From Moniliella sp. 'wahieum' (taxonomy: Eukaryota), in the NCBI GenBank assembly GCA_003971905.1, contig RSEE01000005.1, positions 806,001-870,000 on the forward strand: a stretch of 64,000 nt of DNA, read 5' to 3'. This document shows, piece by piece, positions 1 to 11,953 of the stretch (positions within the stretch are counted from its first letter, which is position 1; every line of letters starts with the position of its first letter). Position numbers and translations under genes: made by a program. A model generated the notes under the pieces. That model made no database searches, had not been told where the DNA came from, and saw only the letters and a program-made list of their open reading frames with translations.

Positions 1-1826
1 CCAGGGCGCCATCGTGCCAATCGCCCTCCGTCTTTCCCTTTCCCGCTTCACCGACGATCGCCTGAGCAGCGACGGCGGCGCGCTGTTGCCGATCAATCTC
101 GGCCTGCACATCGTCGCGAGAGGACATGCCCTTGGGGAGCCAGGAGCGCGATGTCCACGCGCGGCAGTTGGGGTCGCAATACATAGCGTTGACCTGCTCC
201 AGGTTCAAGTCCTTTGTCTCATACACAAAGAAGTAGGCAATCACCGCATTGGCCAGGTTGCAACCGGCAAAGATGTACCCGTATGCGAACCCAATGTCGG
301 CGGTGATGGGAGTAGTGAACAAGGCCAAGAGGAAGTTCCAGATCCAGTTGGAAAGAGTAGCGAGCGAGGCTTGGCGGGCCCGTGTACGCGAGTCAAATAC
401 TTCGCCGGTAAAGAGCCAAATGCCGGGAGCCCAGGTACTTGCGTATCCCAAGATAAAGAAGCAGCCCGAGCAAATCATCAGTTTGCCGATACCCGAACTG
501 AGATGCGGGTCGCCAAGTTTCTTAATGCCGGTCTGCGGATTCGCCTTGTTTCCTGCCACACCCGCAGTGGCAAATACGATGAGCCAAGCGCTGCACCACA
601 CTCCGCCCCAGATGAGTGGCAAGCGTCGCCCCACCGCTTCCAGCATCCACAACCCAAACAATGTGCAAACAAAATTGACCGCGCCAAAGATAATTTGGGT
701 GACAAAGGGGTCGGTTACGCCAACGGGAACCATGATCTGGGTTCCATAGTAAAAGAAGTAGTTGGCGCCTGTCAGCTGCTGCCCCATCTGCAAAACCATG
801 CCCAGTAAAGTACGGTAAAGCGTCTTGTTCTCACCCGGAACGTCTCGGCCCAGGTAACCTTGTTGTCGCGCTCTTCTTGGGCCATAGTGAGGATCTCGTA
901 AACTCTGCCTCGACATACGGGTCCTTGTCGGCTGCCGTTTTGCCACGTACGATGGCGACCGATTCGCGCGCCTCGTCGTATCTCCCATGAAGTGCAAGCC
1001 AACGAGGTGACTCGGGGCAAAACTGAATAGTGACCGCAAGGAAAGCACCAAAAACATGCCCAGACCAACGGGGACGCGCCACTGGGTTGCATGAGAAGTA
1101 TGCCGAGGGACAGTGCCCGGGGTGGTGCCATAAATGTCTTTCCAGTTGCAGCTGCCAGCACAGCGTGAGGCAATCGCAAAGCAATACGCAATCAGAATCC
1201 CGGCCGTGATAGCCCATTGGTAGGTAGCCACCAGCGTGCCGCGCAGCTGGCGCGGAAGACACTCGGCCTGGTACACAGGCACGCACAGGACAGAGCGCCA
1301 ATGGCCAAACCAGTGATCAGACGCCCCACGGCAAATTGAGCCCAGGCCCAAAACGTGCAGAGTTGGATGATGATACCAATAAAGAAGACCACCACCTCGT
1401 ACTGCATCGCACGACGACGGCCAAAGTAGTCAGCCAAGTAAGCACCAATCAGGGCACCAAACATCGTTCCGATCGACATGAAGGAAACAATTAGACCGTC
1501 GAGCCAGGGGTTTGAGGCCTTGCACTGGATGGCACCCTCACAGACATCAGAGGCGAGGTTGCTGGGGTCCTTCTGGTGTTCAGTGACAGTGCCAAACCGG
1601 TAGAGAAAGTCTTTTGTGTTCGAGATGCCCGAGATCTGAATGAATGAAGCGGGGGGGGTCAGCTCTACAGCTTGTACGCACAGGCAGGAATAAGAAGAAA
1701 AAAAGGGGGCACATATACCTGACCAGTGTCATAGCCAAACAGAAAGCCTCCCATACTGCTGATGAGGCCGACAACCGATCGCGGTGTAGTCAACAGTGGT
1801 GTTGCGCACAGTAATGTGCGTGGCAT
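1..1826 (-). CDS. MFS sugar porter (hexose transporter-like); runs to about the left edge, frameshifted
   Basis: ATG at 1826. SSMGGFLFGYDTGQ, then a GT-AG intron 1718-1636, then ISG. Further motifs: SIGTMFGALIGAYLADYFGRRRAM, QFAVGRLITGLAIGALS, CPESPRWL, and the reverse-strand reading QMGQQLTGANYFFYYG. The long + strand ORF 14-808 is its antisense shadow. Confidence 0.93.
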
Positions 1827-3607
1827 GGTAGTGGCGGGGGGTGGTTAAGAGGCGGGGATAGTTGCGAAGAAATCCAAAAAAGCACAGCGTATGTGGAACT
1901 GATGTGTGGTGGGAACGTGGACAAGAGGGTAACGTGCTTTTTTCTGTGTGTGAGGAGAGGGGAATATATATATATACAAAAAGCCCGGCGCCGGAGGTGG
2001 CTGTCCTTCGGCTTGTGGCCCCTTCGGGCTTACAGTGGAGCGGGGAATCCAAGTTGGGTGAGGCCGATGATCAGGGATAACACACTGTGTTACTAGGGAA
2101 GAGGTGTCACATGTCAACCTTCAAGCGTCAAAAGCATATGTTAAAAGACGAGGAAAGAGAAACATCACCTTGGAACATGCGAGGCCCCAGCTGCCCCCCT
2201 ATACAGCTACACTGCCCGTGTCTTGCTGTCCTGCAGTCCGTTGGGGCGCAGCGCTCACTGGGACCACCTAGCACACGCATCGAAGACTGACAGTATTATG
2301 TAGGAGGGACAGAGCGCCATTGTCAGAGCATGTGGTCGCTTTGCCGTGTCGCCCACACGCCACAGAGAGGCGCAACGGGTGCGAAAAAGACGCGGGGACA
2401 TGATGCATGATGTGCCCCACGCAGAGTCTAAGATAGCTTCGTGCGAGGCGGGTGCCGCCGCGCGTAGGGATAGAGACGAGTCATGCATAATACTAAGTAC
2501 TAGTATGTTGGTCAGCAGTAGGTACAAGGGTTGCCCCCAGTACGCCGTCCATCAGGCGTCAGGCCTCAGGAAGCCCCACGCCAACAGGAACTGCAATCTG
2601 CCTGTGTGCTTTGGCCCCTCTCCCCGTGCTATATAGGATTAGAGTGCGGTCGGTTGGGGCCATCCTGCCGACACTCCGGAACCCCATAAGGCGTCCTCAA
2701 TTATATAGCCTTTTGCGGTCCGAGAGGTCTCTTGATGACTCGCCAATTCAAGAACGCAGCCTTGCCCTACTGTCTGTTGACTTCGGCGTCCTTACCGCCG
2801 TGACTTCCGACACAAGTGGAAACACCCACAGGGAACATAGGAGAGGAGCTGCTACTATCGCGTATGTGCCCCCCCCCCCCCATCCCTCTCTCGATCGCGG
2901 GTGTCATCATCAGGCCACGCCAGTAGAGCCTCACATGTCTCCCGACTCAAAAATAAGTCTACTGGCGCCCCGCTAGTACTTCGCCGTAATGCTTCAGTAT
3001 ATGATGAGTGCACTTGCCCCCAGCCTGCATCCGCGGGTTTCTCTCTCAATCGCCCCTGCGTGTACCAAGTACATCCGTGTGTGTTTTGCCACCGCTGCTG
3101 TTGACCCCCGCCACCTACTAACTAGCCACAACCATACTGCCCCATGCTGTACTCTCGGTTCATCCGAGACACGCGGGGCCCCGCAGCACTCCGCCCCGCA
3201 GCGCTTCGCCCCAAGCGAGAGGCTTGGGTTTTGAAGAAGAGAAAATGGCGAACTGGGCCACCTCTCGCCTCTGATCGATGCTCTCAGATCGAAGGGTCCC
3301 ACCGGGGCGACCGCCGCGGCGCGTGTTATCGGGATAATTTTGATAACTTCTTGGCTGCAATGGCGTTGTATTGCGCGCAGAGCGCACGGATTTCTGTGGC
3401 GACATCATCTTGACTCGTGTGCTGTGGTATAATGCATACATGTCATTCTCCGTATACCCATCCCCCCGCTCTCGCTTCTAATCAGGTCAATCTGGAGCAC
3501 AGACAATGCTTGTCGTGTGTACTCCGACAGCCTACCAAAACCACACACACGAGGGGGAAGGAAGGGTGATATGCACCCATATGAAGGCACTATAAAAATA
3601 CACCTCT

Positions 3608-3920
3608 CTATGCATCCATATCATTGACAAAGCTTAAGGATGGGGAATAGGGAAACGCCACGCCTAAACCGACCTGTTCATCTTGCGTATGCTGCTTGGT
3701 AGCGTCAAGCCCGCTTAAAGAGCCAAGGGAATCGCCAGGAGGTCAGGACCCTGCGGTGCCCGCCGTCCGTTCCCATATACCCGAGGTAGCGCGTGTGGAC
3801 ACGGAGGGCGTGTAGACATCCGAGCGAGGAACCATTTCCATTGTGAGTCAGTACTCAGTAGTCAAATCCTTCCAACAGTGCGCAAGCATCTTGCCCGCTG
3901 TCTTGGTGCCGTAGTATCCG
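3608..3920 (-). mobile_element. 3'-end fragment of RLE-type non-LTR retrotransposon family (copy A)
   Basis: The reverse complement aligns by eye with 11650-11940 and 62335-62620 (caagacagcgggcaag...aatggaaatggttcctcgctcggatg...tgtcaatgatatggatgc). Confidence 0.8.
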
Positions 3921-4399
3921 ATAGGCTTTTCACTATAGTCACTATAGGCATGGGCAAAACACCACAGGGTACATATATATGACCGCTTTTATGTATGTGC
4001 CAGTGTCGCTATATCTTAAACCCACGCACATGCAGAGATGCGTGTATGCTCTGTTCAGTTTCATATAGGTGGGCTGATTAGAGCCCCCCCGCGGTAAAAA
4101 AGCTAATCAAGGTACGGCAGTCGATGCCGAGACGCACCAACAACCTTGTTTTAAAAAACGAAGAGCTTAAGGCCTCTAGCGTGTCATGTATCATAGCTCT
4201 TAAAACCTGTTGGCAGTACTACCGAGCGTACGAGAGAGTCATAGCCCCATAGCCACTAATCACTATATTTGCGACGTTCCGCTAAACCAGCGCGGAGCTC
4301 CGCTCAGCGCGTCAACGTATTCAACGCACTCGTTAACTTTGTATATAGTACACAGATGAGGGGGGGTAACGGTAATGTAATACTCTCACGCACACTCTT

Positions 4400-4570
4400 T
4401 GAACTCAGTACTCGGGGTACTCAACTGAAATACTTGTACGCACCTAGGTGCTCAGGCCCTCAGGCCTGAGACCCCTCTCAGGCACCCTCAGATCTCACAG
4501 GAACACCCAGGTACTCTCAGGTACTCTCCTCGGATACTCTCAGGTACTCAGGTCCTCAGGTACTCAGTAG
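4400..4570. repeat. Degenerate TCA/palindrome micro-array (ctcaggtact-type units)
   Basis: Repeated ctcaggtact, tcaggcctga and tcagatctca units. Confidence 0.7.
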
Positions 4571-6149
4571 AGTGTCCTTAGCCGTAGTGCATAGGGTAGT
4601 AGCGCATATGAAAGGGCCTAAACAGTATTACCGAAGCACACAGTGCCGCACACTGGGACTGTCTGTTGTTAGCGCCATCTGCTCGGGTGGGTCGGCACGT
4701 TGGTACCGCTTGCATATGTAGATGGGACCGGAGCGCCGTCCTCAGCCCGATGTCAGGCCTCAGGCCACGGGGGCTGTCGTCACCGGGAGCGGAAGGGTCA
4801 AGATCTAATAAGCCAGGACCTAAAAGCTTGTAATAGGGCGCAGCGCACACCGCGGCAATGATATTAAATTACGTCGGGCTCCACAAAAAAACTCTCATAC
4901 TATGCCAATTCAGGTCAGTTTTTGCCTTCGGTTGTGGGCACAATGAGATGTTTTGCAAGCCTGCAACTATAGTGAATTCCAAGGTTCAACCAATCAATCC
5001 TTTCATCGCGCACCGGCAGCTCACCGCAAATGACGACCATCAACCAACCTCTCCCACCCCACCCAACAATCAACTTCCACATCGGTGCGCAGTGTGCCCA
5101 CATCGTGTCCGAAATATACGACTATTGTGGGGGTGGGCAGCCAATCGCACCACACAAATGTCAGTTAGTCTCAACCCCAGGAAGAGAAGGTAGCATCGTA
5201 TTGTGGGACACGGAGAGAGCGGATGTTGAGAGCTCTGAGATGACGGCAAAAAAGTAGGCAGAGCGCGGGCGCGCAGTAATAAAAAAAGGGAGTCGGGAGA
5301 ATCATGCGCTTCTTGCCCCAGAAGAGTACATTTATTGAGAAGCGCTTGTTGTTTGGCCAAGGTGAGAGTGCCGTACGGGTGAGAGTGACGCGGACGGCCA
5401 AGTTCATATTCATACTAGAGATTTGTTGAGAGCAATGGCACATCTCTCCTGTTCCGCTTCCAATGCGTTAATACCACTTGCTACTGTTGATCAAAGCAGT
5501 CTCCTGTGTACTTCGACTCGCCGCGTTGCTGTGCTTTGTTTGGAGCCGTTGTTGTCACTGGCGCCCAGAGACGCCGGTGGGGGCCATACTCCTCCATTGG
5601 CCGCGTCGAACACTGTCTTTTTAGGGCACAAAAGTTCACCACAGTAGGTGCGACTTCTGGTGTTCACGATTGATTCATATAGTTTTGTGAGTCCCTCGCC
5701 TCGTGAGGCAGAGAGGAAAGAGTGGGGTAACGTACCTCGCTTCCCTTGACTTTTTTCGAATGTGACTTTTCCTTCCCACATTCACCCGCAAAGGCTGCTA
5801 TCACATGTTCCTCCGGTACCGGTCTGCTCGCCATTCAATAGATCTCTGTCCTCATTCTCACCCGGCTTGGCACATCCTGTCATACTGTCGTAGATCATGA
5901 TGCCCTCTACTATTTATAGTGCATACTTAATTGGCCTTGGTCATCCAGCCTTCTTCCTTGTATTCAATCAAGGAATAGAACCTGGTTGCTGGGTGGCGTC
6001 CATCCGGCGGTCGGCCGGCCACCCGACTTGAGCCGCTATATTGTACGTATGAGTCAAAAGCACTTCTCGCAACGTCGGTCACGCTCACCTACATGACCGG
6101 CTACCCCACAGCAAGCCATTGATTGAAGCGGTGGAGTGGGTAATACGGT

Positions 6150-7230
6150 ATCATTCTACCGAAGCCTCCCTCCCCCCCCGCCTCCGCGGTGGGTGATAAA
6201 CATGCCCCGGTTCAGTGGCCAGCATAGAGGCGGACTTAAGTGCTTGTGAATCGCGGTCCAAGATTTGGCCCATTGCAGAAATCTCGATCCTTGCCTCGGC
6301 CGAGGAGCCATAAAACGTGGGCGCGGGCGAGTGGTCGGATACGTACTTTCGGTAAGGTATACGACCTGTCGTTTGTAATATGGTAGCGTGCTCCGCCTGA
6401 TAGTGTACCACTACCGATGAGCACGTCCAGCGCTGTCTTCGGGTGATTTCCCCCATCGCGGTGTTCTCATGTACCTCCTTCGGTATGGGGCCTGCTGAGT
6501 TCCGAGAGTAGCGCAGCGTGTGGTCCACCTCCATCCCTGATCCTCAGATTGCTCCAGGTCCCATAACGCGGTAGTCAGGCACATTTTTGTCTTCCTCCAA
6601 TGCCTCGTACCATCCTTCTCCTCCACAATCAGCTTGTGTGGATGTGGGTGTTAGGGATGAAGCGAACGAGCTGGAAAATGGGCTCCCGCACTGCTTCATG
6701 CAACACACCAAACTTGGACTGGGTGCGGGTGCAAGCCATGAGATGTGTCAAGCACTGCACATACTGACCGTGGAGCGGCACAGCGTGGGAGCTGGAGACC
6801 AATCTCAACCTGCTTGTCGGCAGGCTGGAGGCACGGGCGGTGATGGAATGAGGAGAGCCAAAAGTGTGAGTGAGCGGGTGCTGTGCTCGACACATTGCGA
6901 CCATCGGCATCTCGTCAAGCTCTTTCTGGAGAAGATTTTGTCAGCTCTTCCTCCCATCTCTCCGGCAGCGCGGGTGTTGTTGCTTCGTAAATGCGGTCGC
7001 CGTCGGTGTGCTGCTTCCGATCGCGCAACATAAAGGGCTGCCGCATCCTCCCATGCGGAGAGGCACGCTCAAGAGATGCGAAAAGATCGTCCTTTGTACC
7101 TTTTGGGGGTCTCCACATTGCCCTTGTTGATCCGTCCGAACTCCTTGCAGAGAAGGCATTAATCTCGGCCTGCGCATGAATCTCATCCCGTACAGCAGCG
7201 TCGCCTCCACCTCCTTTGTCCACCTTCACT
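6150..7230 (-). mobile_element. Degenerate C-terminal ORF of an RLE-type (CRE/Cnl1/MoTeR-like) non-LTR retrotransposon
   Basis: Across broken frames: FWLSS...LQPADKQVEIGLQL, then C...HLMAC...LHEAVREPI (Zn-knuckle plus RHD-like motif), then PDYRVMGPGA..GSGMEVDHT (PD...D nuclease motif), then RKY. Clearly homologous to 11274-11810. Confidence 0.7.
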
Positions 7231-7319
7231 CTCCTCGCTTCTCTCCCTGCTCTGGCACGCGCGTTTGGCTACGCCCTCGGCCCGCTTCGCCAAGAGGACC
7301 ATCATGGACGGGGATCAAA

Positions 7320-8019
7320 CCGGTAGTTAGAACGGTCTACCGCCCGACGGTGACCGCGCGGGACCGATGGAACTGGTCTGTGGTGGCGGCGGTTTCTGAT
7401 CAATGGTGGTCAATTGCCTAGTGGCCAAAAGGCGTCATTACGGACGGAACGGTGTGGCTGCGGTGGTGTGGTTAGCGGTCAAGGGTGGGCAATGGAACGG
7501 TGACTATATGATGGCGACAACGGAACGGTGGCGACAATCGTTCGTGCAGTGGCTGCGGTGGCTGTTGCGGTGGCTCACAAGGATGCGCAGCTACGCAGGA
7601 ACACCCAGGCGGGGCAGGGATAAAGAGGTGGCGGCCAGTTGTCCACCCCGGTCTCTCCCTTTACGTGATCCTCTGTGGGTATCTCGCGCGAGCCATGCTT
7701 CCCTGCTATACTGACTATGGAACGGTGTGAACTATTCATATGATGGAACGTTAACCTATGTTGCATGCCGGAGTGAAGGTCTCTCTGGACGATGGAACAG
7801 TGAACAGCGTTGACGAGATGGCAATGGTGCCTGGCATGATGGAACGTGGGAGACTGGCACAGGCGGGAAAGGGGTCAATGGAACGGTGGACCACGGAGGG
7901 AAATGGTGTATGGAACTTGAATAAGCCGGGAACGATGGCCGTGGACCGTCGTCATCAGCACAAGGGCAGGCCGGGCCGAAGCCCCAGCAGACCGGGGGGT
8001 AGGCCCGGTGGCCCCCGAG
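7320..8019 (+). mobile_element. Helitron-family non-autonomous element, longer diverged relative; 5' end undefined
   Basis: Internal tggaacggtgg repeats. The 3' end (gaagccccagcagaccggggggtaggcccggtggcccccgag|t) is homologous to the twin-hairpin 3' end of the 10929 element. Confidence 0.6.
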
Positions 8020-10019
8020 TATATAGATGCAGTCCCCCACAACCCGACCAATGTCTATTTGTGCACATAACTGCAATTGCAAAAGCCATCTGAACCAGGG
8101 GGACTTGGCATGTGTCAGGGACAGGGTAGCGTCTTACATCTGAGTCTCAGATCTAACACGTGAAATTGAAATGTCGCTGGACGCAAGGAAAAAACCAGGG
8201 GAGACGTCAGCCGCCGTCGCGTGCCCCCAGTACAGTCGGCACGGGGGCACACTATGCTTTCTGTCCCCCCGCTTGCACCTATCCATGTTCCCATCTCCCT
8301 CGCACCCTCGGGCTATCTCTATAGCATCTGGGGGTCGCAACCCATGCAGAGTTTGTGCCATGCAGGCCGTTAAGACGGCCCCCAGTTGGTTCCAGTGGCT
8401 GTAGGCCAGGATCCAGCTAGAGGGTAGGTATATCTTTTTGCGAAGGAGATATATTAGGAAGATGCCTTAGCTGTGTGCACGCTGTCACACGAGCCGAGAA
8501 GGCCCCAGAGGTCGCATCGATCAGGCCCTGACCAACCTCATCGACCACGGACGGCCTCACAGGACTCATGATGCATGATGCATGACCCCATCCCTCCATC
8601 GCCGAGACTTCGCACCAACATCTTCTAGCACCTGTGCCATCCACTGTGCTGTGTGATATAACAGAGAGAGGCGTCGTGCCCACTGCGGTGCCGTGGGGGC
8701 GCCCTGTCTTCCCCAATACGCCGGTATACTTGTTTTTTACCTCCATACTACATTCTGCGGCGGCCGTCGGTGGTGACCCGGCGACGCTTGAAGACGCAGT
8801 TCCGGCATTTCCTCAACTATATTCAAATTGAGGGTAAATTCTTTCATCTTATTTGGGGGGGGGGGGCAGTTTGGTGCCGACACCAACAACCCTGAATTCA
8901 ATCTCGAACAGATAGATGAGTTTGGAAGCGTAATATCTCGGCATGCATTTCCCCGGCCTTTCGCGGCCAGTATATACAGTTTAGGACCTAGGGGCTTGGG
9001 GCCAAAGTCTCAATTTGGGGCTTGGCTTGGCAGTCGTTGACAGGCACACTAACCTTTGCACTCTCGGCATACGTGGAAAAAATGCGGACACTCGTTTACC
9101 CACGTGACGCAAAATATCGGGTAACCGTCGGTAAAAAGAGAGCTTTTGTCTTCTGTGTCGTCGATCACTTTTAATGATTCTGTTGTGCTATACTTGTTGC
9201 AGCCGGAAGAGGGTGCTGCTGGGCTTCTCCATTAGGAAACAGCGCCCAAGATGGCATTGTTGGCATGGGTGCCTGATCCCTGAGCCGAGCCCTGAGCCGA
9301 TTGAGCATACGAGCATGCAGTGTGGCTGAACCTCCTTGAGTGTGATGATGGTTTGGCTATATACTGCAGCTACTGCCCTCTCTACTGAACCACGGAAAAA
9401 AGAAATGAGGGGGGGTGGAGAAGTAGTTTAACATCTAAAACAAGCACAGATTCCATGCCGTAGCATGCCGCTTCTGCCGGCCGGATGGTAAAGGTGTACC
9501 TGTGTACACATATTTGGGGTGGCCGGTGGAGCCGAGAAGCAGGCCGAAGCCCCGAATCGCAGATCTTGGCCCTGAATCTATTGCGTCTCTCTCCCCTTGT
9601 GCCGTCCACACAAATCCCCCATTATTTTCACGGAGGGTGCAGTGCCTGAGAACCCCCCCCCCCCCCCCCCCTTCGCCTCGTCAACAAAGAAGGGTGGGAC
9701 CTGAGGCTCAGGCCTGAGGCCCCTGAGGTCTGCGAGGAGCTGGCTGACTCACTGAAACACTGTTCTCAACCCTCAGTCCTCTAGTGCTTTCATACGGCCA
9801 AGCAAAGTCTCCTACGGAAAGCCATTCGCATGTTGGACACTTCTTGTGTTGTATTGGGGGAAGCAAACATCCTTCCCCATTGGGCAACCTTGGGCAACCC
9901 ATTTACGGCAACTAGACGGAAGAAATATAACCCGTAATATCGGGTCGTCCAGAGCCTTTCCCCCCCACATACCACTACTCTCCGTCTCTTCAAGACTTCT
10001 TTTTTCTTCTTCTTCACCA

Positions 10020-10582
10020 ATGCAGTTTTCCACTATCTTTGCCGTTGTCGCCGCTACCGCCGCCGTTGCGTCGGCCGCTGTCATCCCCAAGATGGAGGCC
10101 GAGGCTCCTGCCAAGCGCGGATACCAGGACTACCTTAATGGTATGCTCACCTGGTACGCCGGTGAGTCGCTGGACGCCCCCGCCTGCGGCGGCCCCACCC
10201 CTAATGACTGGGACTTGGTCGTTGCCGTTGCCGCCGACTCGCCGTACCCGTGCGGATCTACGGTTCACCTTCACGCGTGCGTATTAATGCGTCCTTTCTA
10301 CTTCTGCCTTTGATGACCCTTCCCTGTGTCTCGCACGCCACATAATGCTGACCCACGTATTGCCATACAGTAACGGAAAGATGGTTCCCGCCAAGGTCGT
10401 TGACCAGTGCGCCAGCTGCGCTCCTCACGTTCGTATTTCATCCCTCCCTTTACCTCTCCGGGCTCAAGTGCTGACCTTCCCCTTTTTTGCAGCACATTGA
10501 CGCTACCAAGGCCGTATTCTCTGCCCTGGCTCCTCTCGACCAGGGTGAGATCCATGGTGTGCACATTGTCTCCTTCAACTAA
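10020..10582 (+). CDS. Small secreted RlpA-like double-psi beta-barrel (loosenin/expansin-like) protein, 3 exons
   Basis: Signal peptide MQFSTIFAVVAATAAVASA, KR site, G.LTWY...PACG...LVVAV...CG, KVVDQCASC, HIDATKAVFSALAPLDQGEI. Introns at about 10276-10370 and 10429-10492. TAA at 10580-10582. Confidence 0.88.
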
Positions 10583-10928
10583 GCAGTGGCCAGCAGTGCA
10601 TGCTTCTGACCCTTTGATGGGTCATTTCTCACTTCCTTTCTTCTTCAACTCCGGGCATTGAAGCCACAATGGCCTGCTGTGACAGTTTAGACACCTGAAG
10701 CGCCTTTTCCGTGGTTTCAAATGGTTGTCCCTCCTTGTCATTTTGGTATTTTGTGATGGCATTGCTTCGCGCTGTCTCTTCGCCTTCTGTATACTACCGG
10801 CCATCTGGTGGTGGTCTAGGTGATCTCAAAAGCATATCTAATGTGCGCTCCTATATGTGCAGACGTATGCAATCCTACCTTGGCATGCCTTATAGAGCGG
10901 GGGCATATATTTGTCTAGGTAATATACA

Positions 10929-11953
10929 CTAGAAGACCACCGGGCCTACGGCCCGGTCAGCTGGGGCTTCGCCCCAGCTTGGTGCTTGGTGCTTGCTTGC
11001 CACCTTAGCCACCGTTCCCCGTCGCCACCGTCGCCATCGGTCCACCGTTCCACGCTGGAGGAATTTCATCACCCATGTGCATCCGCCTGGCTGCGGCTGA
11101 CTGGAACGTGCCGGGTGGCATGCTGACGCTAGAATTTACGTAAAGGGAAAAACGACTGCCGCAAAATTATGAAGTAGAGATTGTTGCTGGTGGCTGGGAC
11201 GGGTGGCTGCGCCACCCGGTGGCTGGCGTGAGGCTTATGTAAAAAGTGCACAGGCGTTTCCCATCGCTATATTGTTTGGTGCGTTGCATGACGCAGTGCG
11301 GGAGCCCATTCTCCAGCTCCTACGCTCCATCCCCGACACCCATGTCCGCAACGAACCTATGGTGGAGGACGAGGATGGGAGAAGACAGAGGACGCAGCGC
11401 ACCGACTACCGCGTGATGGGGCCCGGAGCACTCGGCGGATCAGGAATGGAGGTGGACCACACGCTGCGCGACACGGGATCACTGGCGCAGAGCGCGTTCC
11501 GGAGGGTGGTGCATGAGAGCACCGCAACCCCCTTGGAACGCCGGGAGAAGGAGCTGCTTCGGATGCTTGAACAAGCAGAATGCGACAAGAACGCCAAGTA
11601 CCAGGGACGCACTCAAGAGCCGTTTTTCCCCCTGGTTTTGACGACGAGGATACTACGGCACCAAGACAGCGGGCAAGTTGTTCGCGCATTGGAAGGAGTT
11701 GGCTACTAAGTCTCAGTGGAAATGGTTCCTCGCTCGGATGTCAACCACGTTCCTCCGTGTCCACACGCGCTTCCTAGGGTACGGGACCGGATGGCGTGAG
11801 CCGGAGGGTCCTGATATCCTGGCGATCCCCCTGGTCCCTTGACCCTGGTGGCGCCCCCAAGTAACCCCCGCAAGATGAACGATTAGGTTTAGACGTAGCG
11901 TTCCCCCTGTCCCAGCCTTAAGCTCTGTCAATGAAATGGACGTGCTCTAGGGA
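10929..11953 (-). mobile_element. Non-autonomous Helitron (copy 1) interrupted by a retroelement fragment
   Basis: On the minus strand: A|TCcctagag at the 5' end, and GC hairpins (ctggggcgaagccccag; ccgggccgtaggcccgg) shortly before CTAG|T at the 3' end. Termini match the uninterrupted copy at 56970-57206. Confidence 0.8.
11274..11944 (+). mobile_element. RLE-type non-LTR retrotransposon 3' fragment (endonuclease domain plus 3' UTR; copy B), nested in the Helitron
   Basis: LHDAVREPI...RNEP...RTDYRV...EVDHT...DKNAKY...FFPLVLTT, then after a frameshift WKELATKSQWKWFLARMSTTFLRVH. This is the typical motif order of a restriction-like endonuclease. Confidence 0.8.

Noticed and set aside
14..808. 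Long + strand ORF of 264 aa, and similar long ORFs at 24464-25540, 41173-42195 and 51453-52688
   Set aside because: These are antisense shadows of real genes or stop-poor GC-rich sequence with no recognisable motifs.
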